DNA of 36,050 bases. Source: a virus (taxonomy: Duplodnaviria > Caudoviricetes). The stretch lies in IMG/VR virus record IMGVR_UViG_3300025387_000040, positions 1-36,050 of that record; one strand, 5' to 3'. Below, piece after piece: positions 26,694 to 34,865 of this stretch (positions within the stretch are counted from its first letter, which is position 1; every line of letters starts with the position of its first letter). The translations under genes and the position numbers were made by a program. The notes under the pieces are model-generated. The model was not told the origin of the DNA. It worked only from the letters and a program-made list of their open reading frames with translations, and did no database searches.

Positions 26694-27653
26694 TTAGACT
26701 CCGTGTATTTTGCCTCTAAACTCTACCTCATCTTCACCCCATACTCTAATCATTTCAGGCTGTAGTAGCTTACTGCGCTCAAATGACAGCATTACGAAGC
26801 CACTATTCCAATCTTTAGGGGTATCTTCAGTATAGGCAAATTGTTGGCCATGTAGATCAGCTAATGTGCCTGTCTGAACCCCCCACCGAGTTCCATTAAA
26901 ATCCCCAACTGGCATAACCGATAAATGGTGCGTATGCCCTGTAATCATGTTTACGCCAGAATTTAAGGCATTGGCTCGACCTGCACTAAAACCACCTTTC
27001 CAACGATGCTTGATGCAAGTATCTTCATTGACCCAAAATGACCAGCAAGGCAGCCAGGCAGGGAAATGCTCTTTTAGAGTAGTTCCTACAACGCCTTCAA
27101 AAGCTGGTAGGTTCTCAATAATTCGCATTTCAAATCTAGCATCGTGGTTTCCTAAAGGCCAATACAACTTAGCTCCTTTGGAAATTGATTCAATTTGACT
27201 TAAATAATATTGGCAGGCTTCTAATTCCTCTCGGACACTTGGCATTTTGTCCCAACTTTGTAGCGGAAATCTGCTCACAGAAGCTCCATCAAAAGCATCT
27301 CCGTTACAGACTATGGCAGTAGGCTTGAACTCTTTAATCGTTTCTAACAACGCTTTAAACGCTGTAGTGGTTTGATCTGGCCAAAAGTGAGCATCGCTAA
27401 ACACAATTACTCGCCCTTTTTCAATATCTAAACCCCTACGAGTATTGCCTACAGTTTGTTCAGTCTTTTTATAATCAGTAACTCTACGATCATTAAAACT
27501 GTCTAGCTTGATATTTAACCTGGTTTCAATAGAACGTCTGCGGTTATAAACAGCCCTCTCTGACAATGCGTGAACTTTTGCAAATATTAAAGGTGATCCT
27601 ATTTTGTTCCATTGCTCAATGAACTGCTCGTCTGTTAAATAATAACCAGCCAT
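26694..27653 (-). CDS. calcineurin-like metallophosphoesterase
   Basis: 'SDAH', 'NGDAFD', 'GNHD', 'GHTH' motifs. Confidence 0.88.
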   Translation of the reverse strand: MAGYYLTDEQFIEQWNKIGSPLIFAKVHALSERAVYNRRRSIETRLNIKLDSFNDRRVTDYKKTEQTVGNTRRGLDIEKGRVIVFSDAHFWPDQTTTAFKALLETIKEFKPTAIVCNGDAFDGASVSRFPLQSWDKMPSVREELEACQYYLSQIESISKGAKLYWPLGNHDARFEMRIIENLPAFEGVVGTTLKEHFPAWLPCWSFWVNEDTCIKHRWKGGFSAGRANALNSGVNMITGHTHHLSVMPVGDFNGTRWGVQTGTLADLHGQQFAYTEDTPKDWNSGFVMLSFERSKLLQPEMIRVWGEDEVEFRGKIHGV

Positions 27654-27709
27654 TTGCGCCCCTTTTGATGTAAAGTTAGCATATCTTAACGATTAATTAT
27701 AAATAATCA

Positions 27710-27994
27710 ATGACTTATGCTAAAAAAGTTGATGCAAATCATTCTGTTATTGTCAAGGCTCTGCGTGATATGGGTTGTTCTGTGTTTGATACGTCTGCGA
27801 CTGGTAGGGGCTGTCCCGACATCTTGGTTGGCAAGAATTCAAAAACTGCTTTGGTCGAAATAAAGAGAAATGCAACTGCCCCTTACACAGAGGCGCAAAA
27901 GAAATTTATGGAGAATTGGAAGGGTGGCCCAGTATGTCGAATACACGATGTTGAAGGTGCAATAAATCTAGTAAAAACACTTGAAAACTCGTAA
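27710..27994 (+). CDS. VRR-NUC-like PD-(D/E)XK nuclease (possible resolvase)
   Basis: 'GCPDILVG...LVEIK...TEAQKKF...W'. Confidence 0.8.
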   Translation: MTYAKKVDANHSVIVKALRDMGCSVFDTSATGRGCPDILVGKNSKTALVEIKRNATAPYTEAQKKFMENWKGGPVCRIHDVEGAINLVKTLENS

Positions 27995-28043
27995 AATAGT
28001 ATTATTATTCGTAGTGTATTAACCCCATCTCAAAGGAAAAATC

Positions 28044-28310
28044 ATGGGAATTATGGATTCAATGAAAGGCACTAAGGGCGCAACTGGCGAGAAGTTGCCA
28101 AAAGGTGCTACATCTTCTGATATGTCAGGCGAGCGCAAGCAAAAGCTAGTTGGTGGCGTTGCTATGGGCAAAATGGATTCTATGGGTTCACGCCCTTTGA
28201 GTCACGCTGGCAACTTTGAAGGCAAGCTTGGTGAGTTGAATGACGGCAATATGGGTGAGCGTGAGTGCTACAGCCATGTCCGTATGGCACACGCACAAGA
28301 CTGCAAATAA
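28044..28310 (+). CDS. hypothetical protein
   Basis: AAGGA RBS. Confidence 0.65.
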   Translation: MGIMDSMKGTKGATGEKLPKGATSSDMSGERKQKLVGGVAMGKMDSMGSRPLSHAGNFEGKLGELNDGNMGERECYSHVRMAHAQDCK

Positions 28311-28313
28311 AAC

Positions 28314-28351
28314 TACAGCTCATAGTCCTCGGTAAAGGACTACAAGCTGTA
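28314..28351. other. intergenic imperfect hairpin
   Basis: TACAGCT-ca-TAGTCCT-cggtaa-AGGACTA-ca-AGCTGTA. Confidence 0.7.
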
Positions 28352-28378
28352 TAACCACAACAATAGGGTAATATTGAA

Positions 28379-28693
28379 ATGGCTGATGAAATTGTAATAT
28401 ATAAACCTCTGGCTGATAAGATAATTGTCAAGCCAGATGTTCGTGTTTTAAGCGAAGTGATTATTGTCAATAATAAAGAAGCCGAGAACATGGGAACAGT
28501 AGTAGCAGTAGGCCCTGGCAAAAAGCTATCCGCAGATCGCAGAGAGCCTATGCCTATTGAAGTTGGCACAAGAGTTCGCTTTGGCACTATGAATGATGAT
28601 CCCAAAGAGGAATATTTAAAGTTTACGCCTGTAGTTCACAATGGCGAAAAATGTTTAATAATGAGCTGGCAAGACGTTTGCTGGGCAGAATAG
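28379..28693 (+). CDS. groES: co-chaperonin GroES (Cpn10)
   Basis: 'KPLADKIIVK', 'GTVVAVGPG', 'IEVGTRVRF'. Confidence 0.85.
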   Translation: MADEIVIYKPLADKIIVKPDVRVLSEVIIVNNKEAENMGTVVAVGPGKKLSADRREPMPIEVGTRVRFGTMNDDPKEEYLKFTPVVHNGEKCLIMSWQDVCWAE

Positions 28694-28699
28694 GCGATT

Positions 28700-28867
28700 A
28701 TGGCAACCAAACCTGGCTTATATGCCAATATTCATAAAAAACAGGCACGGATTGAGCGTGAGAAGGCTGAAGGCAAACCTGTAGAAAAGATGCGTAAACC
28801 TAGCACTAAGGGCGCACCTACCAAGCAAGCATTTATTGACTCTGCTAAAACCGCAAAGAAGAAATAA
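28700..28867 (+). CDS. 55-aa basic protein (absent from ORF track)
   Basis: MATKPGLYANIHKKQARI...KGAPTKQAFIDSAKTAKKK; TAATG coupling to the next gene. Confidence 0.75.
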   Translation: MATKPGLYANIHKKQARIEREKAEGKPVEKMRKPSTKGAPTKQAFIDSAKTAKKK

Positions 28868-29136
28868 TGAAACACGACAAACCTATCCCACACAAGACTA
28901 CAGGCAAAGGTAAGACCTACAACCCTACAGAAAAGGGTGCAGGTATGACTGCCAAGGGCAGAGCTGAATACAACGCTAAGAACGGCAGTAATCTCAAAGC
29001 ACCAGCTCCTAATCCTAAGACTAAGAAGGATGAGGGTCGTAAGAAATCATTTTGTGCAAGAATGGAAGGCGTAGTAAAGAAAGCCAAAGGCCCAGCAGAA
29101 CGAGCCAAGGCATCATTAAAAAACTGGAATTGTTAA
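28867..29136 (+). CDS. small basic protein
   Basis: 'GMTAKGR..YN...GSNLKAP...RKKSFCARM...SLKNWNC'. Confidence 0.75.
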   Translation: MKHDKPIPHKTTGKGKTYNPTEKGAGMTAKGRAEYNAKNGSNLKAPAPNPKTKKDEGRKKSFCARMEGVVKKAKGPAERAKASLKNWNC

Positions 29137-29145
29137 GGGGATAGC

Positions 29146-29514
29146 ATGGATTATATTAAAATCAAATTAAAAGCGATTTGGGCGTGGGTGGAGAGCAAGA
29201 TAGGCTCAGACCTTACTCAAGAAGAAATGGATCGTATTGTGCGTTTTAAGCAAGAAACGGCTGCATGGCCATTTCCTGCGCCAGAAGTAAAGAAACGCAG
29301 AACATTCCCTAAGAAGCTAGAGAAATTAAACAGTAAGACAGTAAAAACCATCATCAAGGAGAAGAAAGTGCCATTAAAGAAATCTACAAGCGCAAAAGCG
29401 TTTAAAGAGAACATCAAGACTGAAGTAAAGGCAGGCAAGCCAGTTAAGCAAGCTGTGGCTATTGCCTACGCTGAAAAACGTGCTGCAGGCAAAACTAAGA
29501 AAGGTAGCAAATGA
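29146..29514 (+). CDS. basic protein, possible internal start at 29368
   Basis: Lys-rich; C-terminal 'GKPVKQAVAIAY'. Confidence 0.65.
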   Translation: MDYIKIKLKAIWAWVESKIGSDLTQEEMDRIVRFKQETAAWPFPAPEVKKRRTFPKKLEKLNSKTVKTIIKEKKVPLKKSTSAKAFKENIKTEVKAGKPVKQAVAIAYAEKRAAGKTKKGSK

Positions 29515-29696
29515 TTCAATTTACTGTTCAACAAATTAATGAACTTCTACAAGCATTAGGACAACTTCCTTATATGCACTCTGCTCATTTAATTGCTGGT
29601 ATCAAGCAAATTGCTGAACCACAAATAGCAGAGCAAACTGTTGCAGAAAAACAACAGTCTGAAGAAGTAAAAGAACCTGATACATCACTCTCATAG
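29511..29696 (+). CDS. hypothetical protein
   Basis: ATGA-coupled, 61 aa. Confidence 0.65.
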   Translation: MIQFTVQQINELLQALGQLPYMHSAHLIAGIKQIAEPQIAEQTVAEKQQSEEVKEPDTSLS

Positions 29697-29714
29697 TGTT
29701 GTAAAAAAACAACA
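29697..29714. promoter_or_regulatory. palindromic operator copy 2 (before terS)
   Basis: TGTTGTAAAAAAACAACA. Confidence 0.6.
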
Positions 29715-29725
29715 AAATCAAGAAG

Positions 29726-30016
29726 ATGGAAGAAAAGTCAATTAATCCTGTAGGCGCACCACTTGGTAACAAAAACAATACTAAGAACAAGCCATTTCTT
29801 GATGCTATGCGTAGAGCGATAGCACAGAATCCACAGAAGATTAGAAGCATTGTTGACAAGGTTCTTGAAAAGGCAGAAGAAGGTGAGTCTTGGGCTGTAA
29901 AAGAAGTAGCTGATCGCTTAGACGGCAAAGCAGTCCAAGCAACCACATTTGAAGATGCAGAAGGCAATTCATTGCTACAAGCTATTGAAGTCAGGTTTGT
30001 GAAGCCAAGTGAGTGA
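29726..30016 (+). CDS. terS: terminase small subunit
   Basis: 'GAPLGNKN', 'DRLDGKAVQ'; directly upstream of terL. Confidence 0.7.
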   Translation: MEEKSINPVGAPLGNKNNTKNKPFLDAMRRAIAQNPQKIRSIVDKVLEKAEEGESWAVKEVADRLDGKAVQATTFEDAEGNSLLQAIEVRFVKPSE

Positions 30017-31298
30017 AATCACACCAGAAATTCGTCAAGCTGTTAGTGCAGTTGATTTTCCGATCAAGCTACAGTTTCTATTCGATCCATGCAGATATAA
30101 GGTTCTTTATGGTGGTCGTGGTGGGGCTAAATCTTGGGGCGTTGCTCGTGCATTACTTGTCATTGGCGTAAAAAAACCTACAAGGGTGCTATGCGCTCGT
30201 GAGTTTCAGAACTCTATCGGCCAATCAGTTCATAAGCTGTTATCTGACCAAATCATTGCATTAAAACTAGAATCATTTTATGAAATTACACAGAACTCCA
30301 TTAGAGGGAAGAACGGCACAGAGTTTGCGTTCGTTGGGCTTAAAAACAATATTGCAAACATAAAATCATATGAAGGAGTTGACATTGTTTGGTGCGAGGA
30401 AGCCGCTTCAATTAGTCAAACTAGTTGGAATGTTCTTATACCAACAATTCGTAAAGAAGGCTCAGAAATATGGGTTACATTTAATCCAGAATTAGAGTCA
30501 GACGAAACTTATCAAAGATTTGTCATAAATCCACCTGAAAATTGCAAGGTCGCAAAAATCAATTGGTCTGATAATCCTTGGTTTCCTGATACGCTAAGAC
30601 TTGAAAAAGATGCGCTATTTAGCAGGGATAGAGAAGCCTACAACACAGTTTGGGAAGGTTTATGCCGTCAGACGGTAGATGGTGCTATCTTTGCCAAAGA
30701 AATGACCTTAGCCGATTTAGATGGAAGGATTACCAATGTCCCATACGATCCAATTAAGCCTGTTCACGCTGTATTTGATTTGGGCTGGGCAGATGCTACT
30801 GCTATTTGGTTTGTTCAGTTTATTAGCCAGGAAGTCAGATTAATTCGTTACTACGAGAACACCCAGCAGACAATAGCTCATTATCTTGCTAAAATACAGT
30901 CTTATGGATACGTTATCGACACTCTTTGGCTCCCTCATGATGCAGGGAATAAAACTCTATCTAGTAACGGTAGAAGCATCGAAGAAATCGTTAGAGCTGC
31001 GGGATACAATACTAGAGTCATTGAAAGAACCCCAATAGCAGACTCAATCAACGCTGCACGAATGATGTTCAATAAGTGCTGGTTTGATCGCAATAACACT
31101 CACGATGGTCTGCAATGTCTAAGGCACTATCGCTATGACGTTGATCCTGATACCAAGCAATTTAGTCAAAAACCATTGCATGACAACTACAGCCACGGTG
31201 CAGATGCTTTTAGGTATATCGGCTTAATGGTTAACGAACCAAGAAAAGCACCTAAACAACAAAAAACTTATCAACTACCTAGCTCATGGATGGGCTAA
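30009..31298 (+). CDS. terL: terminase large subunit
   Basis: Walker A 'YGGRGGAKS', Walker B 'VWCEEA', 'TFNP', nuclease 'FDLG' and 'HGADAFRY'. Confidence 0.95.
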   Translation: MSEITPEIRQAVSAVDFPIKLQFLFDPCRYKVLYGGRGGAKSWGVARALLVIGVKKPTRVLCAREFQNSIGQSVHKLLSDQIIALKLESFYEITQNSIRGKNGTEFAFVGLKNNIANIKSYEGVDIVWCEEAASISQTSWNVLIPTIRKEGSEIWVTFNPELESDETYQRFVINPPENCKVAKINWSDNPWFPDTLRLEKDALFSRDREAYNTVWEGLCRQTVDGAIFAKEMTLADLDGRITNVPYDPIKPVHAVFDLGWADATAIWFVQFISQEVRLIRYYENTQQTIAHYLAKIQSYGYVIDTLWLPHDAGNKTLSSNGRSIEEIVRAAGYNTRVIERTPIADSINAARMMFNKCWFDRNNTHDGLQCLRHYRYDVDPDTKQFSQKPLHDNYSHGADAFRYIGLMVNEPRKAPKQQKTYQLPSSWMG

Positions 31299-31302
31299 AA
31301 TG

Positions 31303-31333
31303 TGTAGTAAAAACACAACAAATGTCTTAAAAT
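31303..31333 (+). promoter_or_regulatory. operator copy 3 overlapping the putative portal promoter
   Basis: TGTAGTAAAAACACAACA; TAGTAA-17 bp-TAAAAT. Confidence 0.6.
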
Positions 31334-31355
31334 CGGGCAAAGAATAAGGAATCTT

Positions 31356-33431
31356 ATGGCATACGATAGAGTTGCAGACGAACAATCAGATGGCAGAATA
31401 GAAGAAGCCAAGCAGTTTTTACGACTGTGTAATGACTCTGACAGCAACAATCGTGCTGAAGCTCTTGACGATGTGCGCTTTGCAGCAGGCGATCAATGGC
31501 CTGTAGATGTGCAAAATAGCCGTGTATTAGAAGCTCGCCCATGTCTGACAATCAATAAGCTAGATGCTTATATTCGTCAAATCTGCAATCAGCAACGTCA
31601 ACAACGCCCACGCATTAAAGTGCATGGCATGAACAATGAATCAGATGCGAAAGTAGCTGAGATCATTACAGGCATTACTCGTCACATTGAGAATCAATCT
31701 GATGCTGACTCTGCCTATGACCATGCTTTTGAGTATGCAGTCAAGATGGGCTGGGGCTACTGGCGTATTACGACAGACTATGTAAGAGAGGACAGCTTTG
31801 ACCAAGAAATCTATATTCGACCAATTGAAAATCCTTTTACTGTTTATTTTGACCCTAATAGCACTCTCCCCGATGGTAGTGATGCTGAAAAATGCCTGGT
31901 TACTACCGTTATCAGCAAAAATGTGTTCAAAAAGATGTATCCCAACGCTGAATCTGAGCAAGGATTTTCCAGTAGAGGAACGGGAGATACGGAGTCGGAA
32001 TGGGTTACGAAAGAAGATATACGCATAGCCGAGTATTTCTACACAGAACGCATCAAAACCCATTTAGTTCAGTTATCTGATGGCACTACAGTTTATCAAG
32101 ACGAAATGCCCCCTAAAGACGTTTTAGAGGCTTCTGGCATTACTATTATTGAAAAGCGTGAAACTTGGAAAAAAAAGATTAAGTGGTGCAAGTTAACCGC
32201 TATGGAAATCCTAGAAGAAGGCGAATGGGCAGGTAAATTTATCCCAATTGTGCCTACTTATGGTCAAGAAGTGCGTGTTGACGATAAGCACAAGAAATTT
32301 GGTCTTGTTCGTATGGCTAAAGACCCACAGCGTATGTATAACTATTGGTCAACTGCGCTGACTGAAACTGTAGCTCTTGCCCCTAAAGCAAAATGGCTCT
32401 TAGCAGAAGGTCAAGACGAAGGACATGAGAACGAATGGGCAATGGCTAACATCAAAGCGATGCCTGTATTGCGTTACAAGCAGACAGACATTGAAGGCAG
32501 ACCAGCTCCAGCTCCAACACGCTTACAGCCAGAGCCACCACCAGCAGGTGTAATGACTGCATTAGCTGGCATGAACCAAGACTTACAAGCAGTCATAGGT
32601 ATTTTTGATCCTAGTCAACTTCCTACTGGCATGATGACAGGCAAAGCAATGCAGGGTCAGCAAATGCAAGTGGATATGACCAATTTCCACTATTACGACA
32701 ATCTGACTCGTTCTATCCGTCACACAGGTCGCATCATTCTTGACTTAATTCCTAAGATTTATGACCGTGAGCGTGTAATGCGTATTATTGGTGATGACGG
32801 CAAGCCTGAAATTGTGACAATTAATCAGCGTAGTCAAGACGAACAAGGCGTGTCTAAAGTATTAAATGACGTAACCGTAGGCGAATATGACGTTGTGATG
32901 GATACAGGCCCTGGCTACAATTCTAAACGTCAAGAAGCTGCTGATTCTATGGCTACAATCCTTGCTGCTGATCCTAAACTCATGCAACAGATTGGCGATT
33001 TGTGGTTTAGAAACCAAGATTTCCCTGGCGCAGAAGTCATTGCAGATCGTTTGGCAGCGATCAATCCTATGGCGCAAATTGATGAGAAATCACCAGTTCC
33101 ACCACAGGTTCAAATGCAGATGGCAATGGGCAAAGCTCAATTACAGAAGCTACAGCAAGAAAATGCTCAGTTGCAGATGATGATCAAGCAACGTCAAGAT
33201 ATTGAAGGCGTTAAACAAGAAGCTGAAACCAAGCGTGAATTGATGCGCCAGCATACTAAAGCGCACGATACAGAGATGCGTGTTGAAACCACGGCTCAAG
33301 ATACGATTATTAAGACACAGACTCAGCTACAAATTGAAGAACTTAAAGCGCAATTGGCTTTGGTCTTGGCGCACATCAATAAAACTACTGGTAAAGAAGC
33401 GCAAGCTGAAGCAGTTGAAAGAGCTATTTAG
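31356..33431 (+). CDS. P22-like portal protein
   Basis: 'GDQW', 'RPCLTINKL', 'GLVRMAKDPQRMYN', Q-rich C-terminal barrel; follows terL. Confidence 0.95.
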   Translation: MAYDRVADEQSDGRIEEAKQFLRLCNDSDSNNRAEALDDVRFAAGDQWPVDVQNSRVLEARPCLTINKLDAYIRQICNQQRQQRPRIKVHGMNNESDAKVAEIITGITRHIENQSDADSAYDHAFEYAVKMGWGYWRITTDYVREDSFDQEIYIRPIENPFTVYFDPNSTLPDGSDAEKCLVTTVISKNVFKKMYPNAESEQGFSSRGTGDTESEWVTKEDIRIAEYFYTERIKTHLVQLSDGTTVYQDEMPPKDVLEASGITIIEKRETWKKKIKWCKLTAMEILEEGEWAGKFIPIVPTYGQEVRVDDKHKKFGLVRMAKDPQRMYNYWSTALTETVALAPKAKWLLAEGQDEGHENEWAMANIKAMPVLRYKQTDIEGRPAPAPTRLQPEPPPAGVMTALAGMNQDLQAVIGIFDPSQLPTGMMTGKAMQGQQMQVDMTNFHYYDNLTRSIRHTGRIILDLIPKIYDRERVMRIIGDDGKPEIVTINQRSQDEQGVSKVLNDVTVGEYDVVMDTGPGYNSKRQEAADSMATILAADPKLMQQIGDLWFRNQDFPGAEVIADRLAAINPMAQIDEKSPVPPQVQMQMAMGKAQLQKLQQENAQLQMMIKQRQDIEGVKQEAETKRELMRQHTKAHDTEMRVETTAQDTIIKTQTQLQIEELKAQLALVLAHINKTTGKEAQAEAVERAI

Positions 33432-33462
33432 TGTTGTAAATACGCAACATTAATGTTATAAA
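33432..33462 (+). promoter_or_regulatory. operator copy 4 overlapping a putative promoter
   Basis: TGTTGTAAATACGCAACA; TTGTAA-17 bp-TATAAA. Confidence 0.6.
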
Positions 33463-33471
33463 TGAATTTGT

Positions 33472-33861
33472 ATGCAAACTAAAGAGTATCAAGCAGAGTG
33501 GAGAGCCAAAAATGTTGGCAAACACGCTGAGTATTAAAAGAAATATAGGGAAAAAAATCGTGAAAAGGTCAATTCTTATATTAAAGAATGGACAGCGAAA
33601 TTTCCTGAAAAAAATGCAGCAAAAACCGCAAAGTATCGTGGCGCAAAATTAAAAAGAGTTATGGCTTGGGATAATGATCCAATCAAAATTCAAGAGTTTT
33701 ACGATGCAGCAAAGTTTTTGGGAATGGTGACAGGTGATTGGTATCACGTTGATCACATTATTCCATTGCAGGGTAAGAATGTTAGTGGCTTGCACGTTGT
33801 ATCTAATTTGCAAGTCATAGAAGGGCAACAAAATCGTTCAAAAAGTAATAAGTTTGAATGA
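33472..33861 (+). pseudogene. HNH endonuclease interrupted by an in-frame TAA
   Basis: Frame from ATG 33472 has a single TAA at 33535-33537, then continues into '[20 protein letters not shown]......NRSKSN'. Confidence 0.78.
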
Positions 33862-33913
33862 TTGCAATACCTTACTAATCGGGTTGATTAGGTAAATTCT
33901 TGAGGAAAAACTC

Positions 33914-34831
33914 ATGTCAGATGTGCAAGAAAGATTAGCCAGTAACGTGGTTACATCAGAAAATTTAGCTGATTTCCATGCTGAAAAATTAGGTTTAGCT
34001 AGTGATGAAGCTCCTGTTGAGGCTGCGCCAGTTGAGGAAACTCCTGACACAGAGCCAGCAGTTGAAGCTCAAGCTGAGAGTGAACCAGAGGCAGAAGAAG
34101 AAGCGGAAGTAACAGACAAGCCTAAACAAAATCCAAAACTTGAAAAGCGATTTTCAGAGCTAACTAAACGTGCTAAACAAGCTGAAGCCGAAAAAGAAGC
34201 CCTGCAAGCCAAACTTCAAGAACTTGAGAGCAAGATAACACCCCCCAAAGCAGAAGAAGCTGACCCTGTAGGTGAAAAACCTTCTAGGGCGCAATTTAAC
34301 AATGTTGATGAATATGCAGAAGCATTGGCTGAGTGGAGTGCTGAAAAAGCATTAATGGAGCGTGATAAAGCAGAACAGCAACGCAAGATCGAGGAACAGA
34401 GAAACGAAGTAATTAAGTCGTGGACTCAAAAGCTCGAAAAGGTAAAAGCTGAATTGCCTGATTTTGATGACATAGTAGAGTCTAGTACCGTACAAGTCCG
34501 TGATGAAGTCAAGGATGCGATTCTAGAATCTGACGTAGGCCCACAAATCCTATATGAATTGGCATCAAATGACGAATTAGCGCAAAAAATAGCATCAATG
34601 CCTGTTCATAAAGCTCTTAAAGAATTAGGGAAATTGGAAGTTCAGTTTGAGCGTAAAGAAGCTCAGGCTGAAGTCAAAAGCGAACCTGTTGCTCGTAGTA
34701 AAGCTCCAGCACCGATTAAGCCCCTTACAGCAGGAAAAGGAACGTCTGACGTGTTAGTTGACACAAATGGTCAATTTCACGGCACATACGCTCAATGGAA
34801 AGCTGCAAGACAAGCTAAGAGGATTCGCTGA
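33914..34831 (+). CDS. capsid scaffolding protein
   Basis: Acidic coiled-coil protein between portal and capsid; 'SKAPAPIKP'. Confidence 0.85.
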   Translation: MSDVQERLASNVVTSENLADFHAEKLGLASDEAPVEAAPVEETPDTEPAVEAQAESEPEAEEEAEVTDKPKQNPKLEKRFSELTKRAKQAEAEKEALQAKLQELESKITPPKAEEADPVGEKPSRAQFNNVDEYAEALAEWSAEKALMERDKAEQQRKIEEQRNEVIKSWTQKLEKVKAELPDFDDIVESSTVQVRDEVKDAILESDVGPQILYELASNDELAQKIASMPVHKALKELGKLEVQFERKEAQAEVKSEPVARSKAPAPIKPLTAGKGTSDVLVDTNGQFHGTYAQWKAARQAKRIR

Positions 34832-34865
34832 AATACCCATTTAAATATACATAAAGGAAATAATC

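Noticed and set aside
33535-33537. Stop-codon reassignment
   Set aside because: TAA, TAG and TGA all end normal genes here; this is a single interruption
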